Below, one piece after another: positions 5,609 to 14,970 of a DNA stretch of 52,363 nucleotides (position 1 is its first letter; each line of letters starts with the position of its first letter). The notes below the pieces were generated by a model. That model made no database searches. It was given only the letters and a program-made list of their open reading frames with translations, and had not been told where the DNA came from. This DNA comes from Bacillota bacterium (GTDB lineage Bacteria; Bacillota; Clostridia; DUPQ01). A program made the translations under genes and the position numbers. The stretch is taken from the NCBI GenBank assembly GCA_036743175.1, contig DAINQB010000010.1:1-52363 (forward strand), written 5' to 3'.

Positions 5609-8600
5609 ATGTACAAAAAAGTTTCAACCAAGCTGGATTTCGCCGAAAGGGAAAAGGAAATCAGGAAATTCTGGAAAGATAATGATATCTTTCGGAAAAG
5701 CATTGAAAACAGGGAGTGTGCTCCGGTATTCACATTTTATGACGGACCCCCGACTGCCAACGGAATGCCTCACATAGGCCATATTCTTACAAGGGTCATC
5801 AAGGACCTTATCCCAAGATACAGGACCATGAAAGGCTACAAGGTGCTCAGAAAGGCCGGTTGGGATACACATGGACTGCCCGTTGAGCTTGAAGTCGAGA
5901 AACTCCTGGGCATAGACGGCAAACCGGAAATCGAAAAGTACGGTGTTGAGCCATTCATCAAGAAGTGCAAGGAAAGTGTTTGGAAGTATAAAGGCAACTG
6001 GGAGATAATGAGTGAAAAAGTAGGTTTCTGGGCGGATATGGACAATCCGTATATAACCTATGACAATAATTACATTGAGTCTGTCTGGTGGGCATTGAAG
6101 ACCATCTGGGACAAGGGCCTTCTTTATAAAGGCCATAAGATTATACCTTATTGTCCAAGATGCGGAACAAGCCTCTCAAGCCATGAGGTTGCACAGGGGT
6201 ACAAGGATGTCCATGATGAATCAATTTATGTAAAGTTCAAGGTCAGGGGTGAAGAGAATACATTCTTCATGGCATGGACGACGACACCTTGGACACTGCC
6301 ATCAAACCTGGCACTTACCGTGGGCCCCGGCATCGAATATGTCAAGGCTTTGCATAATGGAGAAAATATTATAATTGCCAAGGCGCGTATGTCCGAGGTG
6401 CTTGGTGACGGGTCTGAAATAATTGAAGAATACAAGGGAACACAGCTTGAGGGAATGGAATATGAACCTCTGTTTGACTTTGTTTCACCTGATAAAAAGG
6501 CATTCTATGTTTGTCTTGGAGACTTTGTAACCCTGACCGAAGGTACAGGTATAGTTCATACAGCCCCCGCATTCGGTGAAGATGATGCAGTGATAGGAAG
6601 AAAATACGGACTTCCCTTCGTACAGCTGGTGGATGAGCAGGGACACATGACAGAGGAGACGGATTTCGTAGCCGGTATGTTCGTAAAGGATGCTGATCCG
6701 GTTATAATAGAGCATCTCAGGGAGAAGGGACTGCTTCACAGAATAGATGAATATGAGCATTCCTATCCTTTCTGCTGGCGCTGCGACACCCATTTGATTT
6801 ATTATGCCAGGAACACATGGTTCATAGAGATGACTAAACTGAAGGATAATCTCCTTGCAAACAACGATAAAATCAACTGGTATCCGCCTTCAATAGGAGA
6901 AGCCAGGTTCGGTAACTTCTTGAGGAACGTGGTTGACTGGGGTATATCAAGGGAAAGGTACTGGGGAACTCCTCTGCCTATCTGGGAATGCTCATGCGGT
7001 CACAGGGATGCCATAGGAAGTATTGCTGAACTGAAGGATAAGGGAATTAATGTGCCTAAAGACATAGAACTTCATAAACCATATATAGATGAGGTTCATT
7101 TGAGATGTCCTGAATGCCAGGGGGAAATGACAAGGGTCAGTGAAGTCATTGACTGTTGGTTTGACTCAGGGGCTATGCCGTTTGCACAGTGGCACTATCC
7201 CTTTGAGAACAAGGAACTGTTCGAAGAGAATTTCCCGGCGGATTTCATAAGCGAGGCACTTGACCAGACAAGAGGATGGTTCTATACTCTGCTTGCAATT
7301 TCAACCCTGCTCTTCGATGAGCCTGCTTACAAGAACTGTGTGGTCCTTGGACTTGTTCAGAACAAGGACGGACAGAAAATGAGCAAAAGCAAAGGGGATT
7401 ATGTTGATCCGGATGTTGTCCTTGACAACCAGGGAGCAGATGCAGTCAGATGGTATTTCTATACAGCAAGTGCGCCATGGCTTCCAAGCAAATTCTATGA
7501 AGAGGCTGTCAGCGAGGGACAGAGAAAATTCATGGGTACATTCTGGAATACTTATGCATTCTATGTACTGTATGCTGAGATAGACAAGTTCAATCCACTG
7601 CAATACAGCCTTGAATATGACAAGCTTGGTCTGATGGACAGATGGATTCTCTCAAAGCTGAATTCACTTGTTAAATATACCGATGAAAGCCTGGATTCCT
7701 ACAGGATAACCGAACCGGCAAGAGCCATGCAGAAATTCGTTGATGAACTCAGCAACTGGTATGTAAGAAGGGGCAGGGAAAGGTTCTGGCAGAAGGAAAA
7801 CAATCAGGACAAGATAAATGCCTATATGACTTTGTATACGGTCCTTGTTACACTGGCCAAGATATCAGCGCCCTTTGTACCTTTCATGACAGATGAGATA
7901 TACAGGAATCTGGTAGCCGGAATAGATGCAGATGCACCTGAAAGTATCCATCTTTGTGATTTTCCGTCATATGATGAGTCGGTAATCGACGAAGACCTGG
8001 AGAAATACATGGATGAAGTACTTTCAGTTGTAGTCCTTGGAAGAAGCCTCAGGAATACAGCGAACATCAAGAACAGACAGCCTGTTTCCGAACTGCTTCT
8101 GAACAGTGAAACAAGGCTGCCTTCCGATTACCTTGATCTGATACGGGATGAACTTAATGTCAAGAAAGTCAGCTATACGGAAGATGCCACGGCATTCATT
8201 GACTATAATCTCAAACCTCAGCTGAAGACCCTTGGCCCGAAGTACGGAAAGCTTGTTCCAATGATTTACAAGGCACTGGCTGAAGCTGACGGAGCTTATG
8301 TTATGTCGGAATTTGAAAAGGGGAATTCAGTAACATTCAGAATAGAGGATACAGACGTAGTACTCGAAAAAGATGATGTTCTTTCGGAAACAACGCAAAA
8401 AAGCGGATATGTATCCGAAGGCAACGGAAGTCTGACAGCTGTACTTGATACAAATATGACAGAGGAGTTGATCGAGGAAGGTTATGTCAGGGAGATTGTT
8501 AGTAAGATCCAGACCATGCGAAAAGAGGCAGGATACGAAGTACAGGACCACATCCTGCTCAATGTCAGTGGAAGTGACATAATAATGAAGGTTGTTGAAA

Positions 8601-8728
8601 AAAACAGTGATACAATATGCAGTGAAATACTTGCAGACTCATTGTTTGACGGCGAGGGAACCGATGTCTATAAAAAGGATTGGAACATAAACGGGGAAGA
8701 CGCGGTATTCAGCATAGTCAGGAGCTGA
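5609..8728 (+). CDS. ileS: Isoleucine--tRNA ligase, type 2 (eukaryote/archaea-like)
   Basis: FYDGPPTANGMPHIGH, GWDTHGLPVE, WGISRERYWGTPLPIW, KMSKS. ~1040 aa with the type-2 C-terminus. ATG 5609 follows GGAGG. Confidence 0.97.
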   Translation: MYKKVSTKLDFAEREKEIRKFWKDNDIFRKSIENRECAPVFTFYDGPPTANGMPHIGHILTRVIKDLIPRYRTMKGYKVLRKAGWDTHGLPVELEVEKLLGIDGKPEIEKYGVEPFIKKCKESVWKYKGNWEIMSEKVGFWADMDNPYITYDNNYIESVWWALKTIWDKGLLYKGHKIIPYCPRCGTSLSSHEVAQGYKDVHDESIYVKFKVRGEENTFFMAWTTTPWTLPSNLALTVGPGIEYVKALHNGENIIIAKARMSEVLGDGSEIIEEYKGTQLEGMEYEPLFDFVSPDKKAFYVCLGDFVTLTEGTGIVHTAPAFGEDDAVIGRKYGLPFVQLVDEQGHMTEETDFVAGMFVKDADPVIIEHLREKGLLHRIDEYEHSYPFCWRCDTHLIYYARNTWFIEMTKLKDNLLANNDKINWYPPSIGEARFGNFLRNVVDWGISRERYWGTPLPIWECSCGHRDAIGSIAELKDKGINVPKDIELHKPYIDEVHLRCPECQGEMTRVSEVIDCWFDSGAMPFAQWHYPFENKELFEENFPADFISEALDQTRGWFYTLLAISTLLFDEPAYKNCVVLGLVQNKDGQKMSKSKGDYVDPDVVLDNQGADAVRWYFYTASAPWLPSKFYEEAVSEGQRKFMGTFWNTYAFYVLYAEIDKFNPLQYSLEYDKLGLMDRWILSKLNSLVKYTDESLDSYRITEPARAMQKFVDELSNWYVRRGRERFWQKENNQDKINAYMTLYTVLVTLAKISAPFVPFMTDEIYRNLVAGIDADAPESIHLCDFPSYDESVIDEDLEKYMDEVLSVVVLGRSLRNTANIKNRQPVSELLLNSETRLPSDYLDLIRDELNVKKVSYTEDATAFIDYNLKPQLKTLGPKYGKLVPMIYKALAEADGAYVMSEFEKGNSVTFRIEDTDVVLEKDDVLSETTQKSGYVSEGNGSLTAVLDTNMTEELIEEGYVREIVSKIQTMRKEAGYEVQDHILLNVSGSDIIMKVVEKNSDTICSEILADSLFDGEGTDVYKKDWNINGEDAVFSIVRS

Positions 8729-8746
8729 TAGGTTGGATTTAAAATC

Positions 8747-8783
8747 AACGGTCACGTTATCCGTCGGATGACGTGACCGTTTT
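8747..8783 (+). terminator. Terminator after ileS
   Basis: 16-bp stem AACGGTCACGTTATCC-GTC-GGATGACGTGACCGTT followed by TT. Confidence 0.8.
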
Positions 8784-8872
8784 CCATGTCAATCTGAATA
8801 TGGGCAGGGTAAAGGGTGAAGCGCTGTTTTGGTTGAAATGGTATAATGTAGAAAACCACACCTGGAGGAATT

Positions 8873-10423
8873 ATGAAAAGGATTCTTGCCGCTCTTATAT
8901 TGATTTCATTCATTCTTTCTTTTGCCGGTTGTTCCGGTTTAAAGGAAACTGATGAAGGGATTGATGAAGCGGATACTTTTGAAATATATCTGGCGGGGAC
9001 GGAAAGTGTCAGACAATACGGATATTATGATTATGAAAATCTTACATTGGAAGGAACCCCCGTTCTTACGGGAAATGATGTAAGGAAATATTACTGGGAC
9101 AGCCATATCATGGAGCTAAATGGTACATTTGTTGAAAAGGTATACGGTTCAGGTTCCGGTGATTATGATGAATATGTCATAGACAGTGAAGGCTTCAGGA
9201 GCTATTCAAAGGGAGGCAGCAGGCTGCTTGGTTCTTTCCAATACATGGCTTTTGTTATAGTTGTCAATGGAGAAAAGGTATTCTCAGGCACATTTCCGGG
9301 AAGTCCTGTTATGCCCGTGGAAGGAGAAATGCTTGTTCTGGGTGATATTGCTGAGGACAGGATACAGTTTAAATTCAACGGTGAAGGGTTTGACATAAGA
9401 AACAATGATGCGGTATATGATTACTTTGATGGTGTGCAGAAAATTTCAGAACTGCCTGCCATTGATTCGGATTCAGTGACTGACGAACTTAAAGCCCAGC
9501 TTGATGCAAGCAATGAAAGGTACATTGAGCTCGAAGAAAGATACAATGCCCTTTTATCAGGACTGTCTGATGTTCCTTCAAATGAACAAAGGCTGCAGGC
9601 CCTGGCTGATTGGCAGGAAGCCAGGCTCAATATGTATATGATTGAAACGCAGGAGGGAAGTCAGTTTGAGTTGTTCTGCAGCAGACTCAGTGAACTTGAT
9701 CTTTCTGAAATTTCCAGTCTTGGCACAGCGACGGAGTATTACAGACAGATGGCCGGTGCTGACTTCTATGTGAACGACAGAATGTTCAACGTACTTGAGG
9801 AATGTTACAACACTGTCATTGCAGGTATTCCATATAAATACAGCATGGGTGACATTGATGACGATTTCATAAGGCAGGCAAGGGCTTTCGGTGTCAATAT
9901 CAGCATCGGAAACGGCTACATAGAAGCAACTTTGCAGCCAAGTTATCTTAAGGCAAACTTTGAGTTGTTTGTTTCTGAAATACTGAATGAATACCTTTTA
10001 CTCAAGGACCGGGAGCTTTCATTGATACTTGACACTGAAATGATGACGGCGGCTGATGATGAAAACCTTTATCTTGACATTGAACAGGTTGCGGATCTGG
10101 TCTATGAGTGGAAGAAATTCTCCGATACGTATACAAATGCCTACCCGTTCAATATAAAGGCCAGACTGAAAGCTGAGGAATATCTCGCCATTTATATAGG
10201 TAAGAGGGATTTTGCAACTTCTCCTGTCTATGAACAGGCTACCCAGATACTTACCTCCGAAGCAAAGGCAAGCTATATAAGGTTTCTTGGGGAATACAGG
10301 GACTCTGCTTATTACAGCCTTATTGCTGATTTGTTCATTGTACTTGAGGGAAGCGGGTTCAGACGTGACACGGATGTAACCAATTTCATAGAAAGCACTG
10401 ATTTCAGTGAATATGGTTACTAA
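8873..10423 (+). CDS. Uncharacterised lipoprotein (516 aa) with central coiled coil
   Basis: GGAGG RBS; MKRILAALILISFILSFAG-C lipobox (Cys20); heptad-like ELKAQLDASNERYIELEERYNALL. No recognisable catalytic motif. Confidence 0.75.
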   Translation: MKRILAALILISFILSFAGCSGLKETDEGIDEADTFEIYLAGTESVRQYGYYDYENLTLEGTPVLTGNDVRKYYWDSHIMELNGTFVEKVYGSGSGDYDEYVIDSEGFRSYSKGGSRLLGSFQYMAFVIVVNGEKVFSGTFPGSPVMPVEGEMLVLGDIAEDRIQFKFNGEGFDIRNNDAVYDYFDGVQKISELPAIDSDSVTDELKAQLDASNERYIELEERYNALLSGLSDVPSNEQRLQALADWQEARLNMYMIETQEGSQFELFCSRLSELDLSEISSLGTATEYYRQMAGADFYVNDRMFNVLEECYNTVIAGIPYKYSMGDIDDDFIRQARAFGVNISIGNGYIEATLQPSYLKANFELFVSEILNEYLLLKDRELSLILDTEMMTAADDENLYLDIEQVADLVYEWKKFSDTYTNAYPFNIKARLKAEEYLAIYIGKRDFATSPVYEQATQILTSEAKASYIRFLGEYRDSAYYSLIADLFIVLEGSGFRRDTDVTNFIESTDFSEYGY

Positions 10424-10432
10424 CATGAAACC

Positions 10433-10462
10433 TTGACAAGGGCCTTTTGGCTGATGTAATAT
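10433..10462 (+). promoter_or_regulatory. Sigma-A promoter of the aro operon leader
   Basis: TTGACA (10433-10438), 18-nt spacer, TAATAT (10457-10462). Confidence 0.65.
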
Positions 10463-10479
10463 CTATCCAAGGTATGAAA

Positions 10480-10536
10480 ATGAACATAAGGAATGCAGGA
10501 CAGTTTTATTTTTTCTTTTTTACGGACTTGATCTAG
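10480..10536 (+). CDS. Phe/Tyr-rich attenuator leader peptide MNIRNAGQFYFFFFTDLI (alternative start 10474 adds MK)
   Basis: AAGGT at 10469-10473, ATG 10480, codons TTT TAT TTT TTC TTT TTT at 10504-10521, stop TAG 10534-10536. It lies in the leader of an aromatic amino acid operon and is below the ORF-track size cutoff. Confidence 0.8.
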   Translation: MNIRNAGQFYFFFFTDLI

Positions 10537-10601
10537 TGAGCCCGGTACTGTTTTGTACACATGATGATGACAGAGGCTCACAGGGTCTCTGTTTTTAATT
10601 T
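10536..10601 (+). promoter_or_regulatory. Transcription attenuator (mutually exclusive antiterminator/terminator)
   Basis: GTGAGCC (10536-10542) pairs with GGCTCAC (10575-10581), competing with terminator ACAGAGGCTC-ACA-GGGTCTCTGT (10570-10592) + TTTTAATTT. Confidence 0.8.
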
Positions 10602-10622
10602 CAGCCTTGCAGGAGGAATGAT

Positions 10623-11636
10623 ATGGTAATAGTTTTGAAGCCCCACGCTTCAGCACAAAGAATAGAGGAACTGATTTATCAGATTGAGAAAAAAGGACTT
10701 ACGGTTGAGAAAGTCGTGGGAAGCGATTATACAATCCTGGGCCTGGTAGGAGATACGAGTTCAATTGATATCGACAGCCTTAGGATAAATGAAATAGTTC
10801 ATAAGGCAATGAGGATTCAGGAGCCTTTCAAACGTGCAAACCGCCTTTTTCATCCTAAAAGTTCCATTGTAAAGGTAGGCGGCAGGGAAATAGGAGGAGG
10901 AAAGATTGCAGTCATAGCAGGCCCGTGTTCCGTTGAAACAGAGGACCAGATCGTGGATATTGCACGAAGGGTAAAGGCTGCAGGGGCGGATTTCCTCAGA
11001 GGCGGAGCATTCAAACCAAGAACATCACCATATAGTTTCCAGGGACTTGGATATGAAGGCATTGAACTTCTTGTAATTGCAAAGAAGGAAACGGGACTTC
11101 CCATAGTATCTGAAATACTGTCTGAGAGCATGGTGGACAGGTTTGCAAGGGATGTTGACCTGATACAGGTTGGAGCAAGGAACATGTCCAACTTCATGCT
11201 TTTGAAGGAGCTGGGTAAAATAAGGAAACCCATACTTCTTAAAAGAGGTCTTTCAGCAACAATAGAAGAGTGGCTTATGTCCGCGGAATATATTATGTCA
11301 GAAGGCAATACCCAGGTAATACTTTGTGAAAGGGGAATAAGAACCTTTGAAAAATATACCAGGAATACATTGGATGTCAGTGCAGTTCCGGCAATCAAAA
11401 GGCTCTCTCACCTTCCGATAATAGTTGACCCCAGTCATGCCACCGGGATGGGATGGATGGTCATGCCCATGGCAAGGGCGGCAGTTGCAGCAGGAACAGA
11501 CGGTATCATGATAGAAGTCCATAATGATCCTGAAAATGCCCTCAGTGACGGTAATCAATCAATTACTCCTGAGGATTTCAGCGAGATGATGAATAGTCTT
11601 AGAATTATATCAGGTGCAATAGGCAGGAGGATTTAA
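10623..11636 (+). CDS. aroF: DAHP synthase, class I-beta with N-terminal regulatory domain
   Basis: IAGPCSVE, LRGGAFKPRTSPYSFQG, QVGARNM, LLKRG, CERGIRTF, VDPSHATG, EVH. Confidence 0.95.
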   Translation: MVIVLKPHASAQRIEELIYQIEKKGLTVEKVVGSDYTILGLVGDTSSIDIDSLRINEIVHKAMRIQEPFKRANRLFHPKSSIVKVGGREIGGGKIAVIAGPCSVETEDQIVDIARRVKAAGADFLRGGAFKPRTSPYSFQGLGYEGIELLVIAKKETGLPIVSEILSESMVDRFARDVDLIQVGARNMSNFMLLKELGKIRKPILLKRGLSATIEEWLMSAEYIMSEGNTQVILCERGIRTFEKYTRNTLDVSAVPAIKRLSHLPIIVDPSHATGMGWMVMPMARAAVAAGTDGIMIEVHNDPENALSDGNQSITPEDFSEMMNSLRIISGAIGRRI

Positions 11637-12668
11637 ATGATCATTCCCATTGACCTTGAAAATGGAAGCTACAAAGTATATATATCAAAAGATTCATTTG
11701 ATATTCTTGGAAGTGACATTGAAGAAAGAAAAAGCAGGATATTCATTGTTGCTGACAAACTTGCATATGAATTCCATGGGAAACGCTTCCTTGATTCAAT
11801 CGGTATAAAGCCATCCGGATTATTCATGGTTCACGGTGAGAAAATGAAGAACATGGCTGTTGTTTCAGATATCCTTGAAGCAGCTGCCAATGCAGGAATC
11901 ACAAGGGGTGACTGCATGATTGCCTTCGGCGGAGGTGTCTGCGGTGATATAACAGGATTCTCAGCAGCGATATTCATGAGGGGAATTGATTTTTATCAAG
12001 TCCCCACAACACTACTTTCCCAGGTGGACAGTTCAGTGGGAGGAAAGACAGGGGTTGACCTTAAAGCCGGTAAGAATCTTGCCGGTTGTTTCAAACAGCC
12101 AAAGGGCGTATATATAGACACAGGGGTTCTTGAAACACTGGGGGAATCTGAAATACGACAGGGCAAGGCTGAGATGATCAAGGCTGCTGCAATAAAGGAT
12201 GAAGAACTTTTCCGGTCCTTTGAAGAGGATATGCATATCAATGAGGCTGCCATCGGGGAATGCATCAGAATAAAACTGTCATACGTTGAAAATGATGAAT
12301 ATGATACAGGTAAAAGGATGATACTGAACTTCGGGCATACCATCGCCCATGCACTTGAAAATACCATGGGCTATGGGAATATATCCCACGGAGAGGCAGT
12401 TGCCATCGGGATGGCCCTTTCTGCAGACATGTCTGAAAAAGCAGGTATATCCGAGTTGGGAACTGCAGAGCGGATTAAAAATCTGATTCAATCGCAGGGT
12501 CTTCCTGTTTCCACCGGGTACTCAATTGCAGAGCTTAACCGCTCAATTCTGATTGATAAGAAAGTAAACAGGGGCATGCTAAGGGAAGTATTCCTTGAAA
12601 AGGTAGGGAAGGCAATACTGAAGGAAATGTCACTGGAACAGTTCATGGACATGGGAGAAATCGTATGA
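11637..12668 (+). CDS. aroB: 3-dehydroquinate synthase
   Basis: FGGGVCGDITGF, QVPTTLLSQVDSSVGGKTG, LNFGHTIAHALE, HGEAVAIGM. Confidence 0.95.
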   Translation: MIIPIDLENGSYKVYISKDSFDILGSDIEERKSRIFIVADKLAYEFHGKRFLDSIGIKPSGLFMVHGEKMKNMAVVSDILEAAANAGITRGDCMIAFGGGVCGDITGFSAAIFMRGIDFYQVPTTLLSQVDSSVGGKTGVDLKAGKNLAGCFKQPKGVYIDTGVLETLGESEIRQGKAEMIKAAAIKDEELFRSFEEDMHINEAAIGECIRIKLSYVENDEYDTGKRMILNFGHTIAHALENTMGYGNISHGEAVAIGMALSADMSEKAGISELGTAERIKNLIQSQGLPVSTGYSIAELNRSILIDKKVNRGMLREVFLEKVGKAILKEMSLEQFMDMGEIV

Positions 12669-13897
12669 ATGTCATTGTAAGACCATTCAGACCTCATGGT
12701 AATATCCTGGCCCAGCCTTCAAAGAGTGACAGCCACAGGAAGATAATCTGCGGGGCTTTGTCAGGTCTGCCGTGCACAATAGATAACATCGTATTGTCCG
12801 AGGACATCCAGGCAACCATCGAAGCTCTTGGAAGTGCAGGTTGCAAAATTAAAATCAGTGACAGTTCTGCTTATCCCGGGAGGAAGTTCATTCAAAATGA
12901 AGGCATCCGGCCGTATTCAAATGGAGTCAGGTTCATTGACTGCAGGGAATCCGGATCGACCCTCAGGTTCATGTCCATGATTTTCGCCGTAATTGGGGGC
13001 AGGACGGTTCTGACCGGCAGAGGGAGACTGCCTGAACGCCCCATGGAGCATGCACTGGAATTTTTCAGGAGATACGGCATATCATATACAATACCGGGGA
13101 ATGGAATATATCTGCCCCTCGAAATATCAGGAAGTCTTTCGGGAAAGGAATATGAAGTAGAATCCTCTGTGTCGAGTCAGTTCATATCCGGATTGATGAT
13201 GGGAGTGGCCGCTGCTTCCAGGAAAGCGGTTATAAAGGCTGACGGTGCATTTGAATCAAAGGGGTATGTTGATCTAACGGCCGGAGTCCTTGAAGAGTAC
13301 GGAGTTGAAGTAACAGGTGACAATCCATATTCAATGGATGCTACCGGAGGAATACAGCAAAGGGATACCATAGTCGAAGGGGACTGGTCAAATGCTTCCT
13401 ATTTCATAGCAATGGGCAGGATGGGAGGAAGCCTTACAGTAAGGGGTCTTCAGGACTACTCAAGGCAACCTGACAGGGTGATTGTTGGGTTGCTGGATGA
13501 AATGTCGGATGGGACTGACAATGATATAAATGTATCGGAGTTCCCTGACCTTATGCCGACTCTGGCTGTCTATGCGGCGACATTGCCTGTAAATACAACC
13601 ATTACAGGAAAGAGGTTAAGATACAAGGAGAGCGATAGGATAGGAGCTGTATGCAGGGGTCTCAGGGCGATTGGTATCGATACAGCTGAGCTGGAGGATG
13701 GTATAAGAATCAAGGGAGGAAGTACCATAGACGGCGGAGTTGTTGATTCATGCAATGACCACAGGATAGCCATGGCATTTGCAATCCTTGGGTGTGTATC
13801 AAGAAAAGATATTGTCATAGAAGGTGCCGGATGTGTTGAGAAGTCATATCCGGACTTTTTCAGGGATTTGGTGGAAGCGGGAGGAATTATATCATGA
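12665..13897 (+). CDS. aroA: EPSP synthase
   Basis: PSKSDSHR, ESGSTLRF, RLPERP, SSQFISGL, KESDRI, NDHRIAMAF. Confidence 0.93.
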   Translation: MNVIVRPFRPHGNILAQPSKSDSHRKIICGALSGLPCTIDNIVLSEDIQATIEALGSAGCKIKISDSSAYPGRKFIQNEGIRPYSNGVRFIDCRESGSTLRFMSMIFAVIGGRTVLTGRGRLPERPMEHALEFFRRYGISYTIPGNGIYLPLEISGSLSGKEYEVESSVSSQFISGLMMGVAAASRKAVIKADGAFESKGYVDLTAGVLEEYGVEVTGDNPYSMDATGGIQQRDTIVEGDWSNASYFIAMGRMGGSLTVRGLQDYSRQPDRVIVGLLDEMSDGTDNDINVSEFPDLMPTLAVYAATLPVNTTITGKRLRYKESDRIGAVCRGLRAIGIDTAELEDGIRIKGGSTIDGGVVDSCNDHRIAMAFAILGCVSRKDIVIEGAGCVEKSYPDFFRDLVEAGGIIS

Positions 13898-14970
13898 GTT
13901 TGTTTGGAAGAAACCTAAGAATAAATATATTCGGGGAATCCCACGGACCTGCAATAGGTGTTGTCATTGAAGGAATCCCTGCAGGGATTCTGATTGACAT
14001 GGAACTTGTTAATGAAATGCTTGAAAGAAGGCGGCCGGGAACCGGCAGACATGTCACAAGAAGGACGGAGGGCGATGTTCCCGAAATCATCAGCGGAGTT
14101 CTTGATGGAAAAGCAACAGGAATGCCTATTGCATGTATCATAAGAAACAACGATACAAGGTCCTCGGATTATAAAAATCTTTCGAGTATTCCAAGGCCCG
14201 GACATGCTGATTATACTGCTTATGTCAAATACAATGGATTCAATGACATAAGGGGAGGCGGAGCTTTTTCCGGAAGACTTACAGCTCCTCTTGTATTTGC
14301 AGGAGCCCTGGCCATTTCATATCTAAAGGAGAGGAACATAACCATAGTGTCACATCTCAAATCAATCGGCGGAATAAAGGATTCCGTTCTGGACCCAATG
14401 GAATACATTGCAGCCCAGGAAGCGGCAATCAGACAAAACAGACTTCCCATGATTGACAGCAGTGCCTCTGATCTTGCTGAGGAAAGGCTGACTGAAGCAC
14501 GGATGAACCTTGACTCCCTTGGCAGTGAAATCGAAACAGCAGTGTATGGACTGGAAGCCGGTATCGGAGAACCCGGTTTCAATTCCCTTGAGAGCATGAT
14601 TGCTTCCATTTGCTTCGGGGTTCCCGGTGTGAAGGGCATAGAATTCGGAAAAGGATTTGAACTCGCTTCCATGAAGGGAAGCAGGTCAAATGATGAGTTC
14701 CATTATGTTGATTCCACGGTAAGGACATATAAGAACGATATGGGTGGGATTTTGGGCGGAATTTCAAACGGAATGCCCCTTGTTTTCAATGTATGCATGA
14801 AACCTACTTCATCCATTTCAAGGAAACAGCGAAGCGTTGATCTTTCAAAAGGTGTTGATGCTGAACTTGAGATAAAGGGCAGACATGACCCGTGCATTGG
14901 AATCAGGGCAGTTCCTGTCATTGAGTCCTGTGCAGCAATAGCCCTCATGGATAGTATACTGGAGGCATAG
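13894..14970 (+). CDS. aroC: Chorismate synthase
   Basis: FGESHGPAIG, PRPGHADY, GGGAFSGRLTA, GGILGGISNG, GRHDPCI. Confidence 0.96.
   Translation: MSLFGRNLRINIFGESHGPAIGVVIEGIPAGILIDMELVNEMLERRRPGTGRHVTRRTEGDVPEIISGVLDGKATGMPIACIIRNNDTRSSDYKNLSSIPRPGHADYTAYVKYNGFNDIRGGGAFSGRLTAPLVFAGALAISYLKERNITIVSHLKSIGGIKDSVLDPMEYIAAQEAAIRQNRLPMIDSSASDLAEERLTEARMNLDSLGSEIETAVYGLEAGIGEPGFNSLESMIASICFGVPGVKGIEFGKGFELASMKGSRSNDEFHYVDSTVRTYKNDMGGILGGISNGMPLVFNVCMKPTSSISRKQRSVDLSKGVDAELEIKGRHDPCIGIRAVPVIESCAAIALMDSILEA

Noticed and set aside
4462-5777. ORF-track ORFs 4462-4674, 5392-5682 and 5532-5777
   Set aside because: They overlap tRNA-Gln or the T-box leader and are chance frames.
10424-10622. T-box upstream of the aro operon
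   Set aside because: No GGTGGTACCGCG-like T-box or stem I motifs; the leader-peptide model explains the region.
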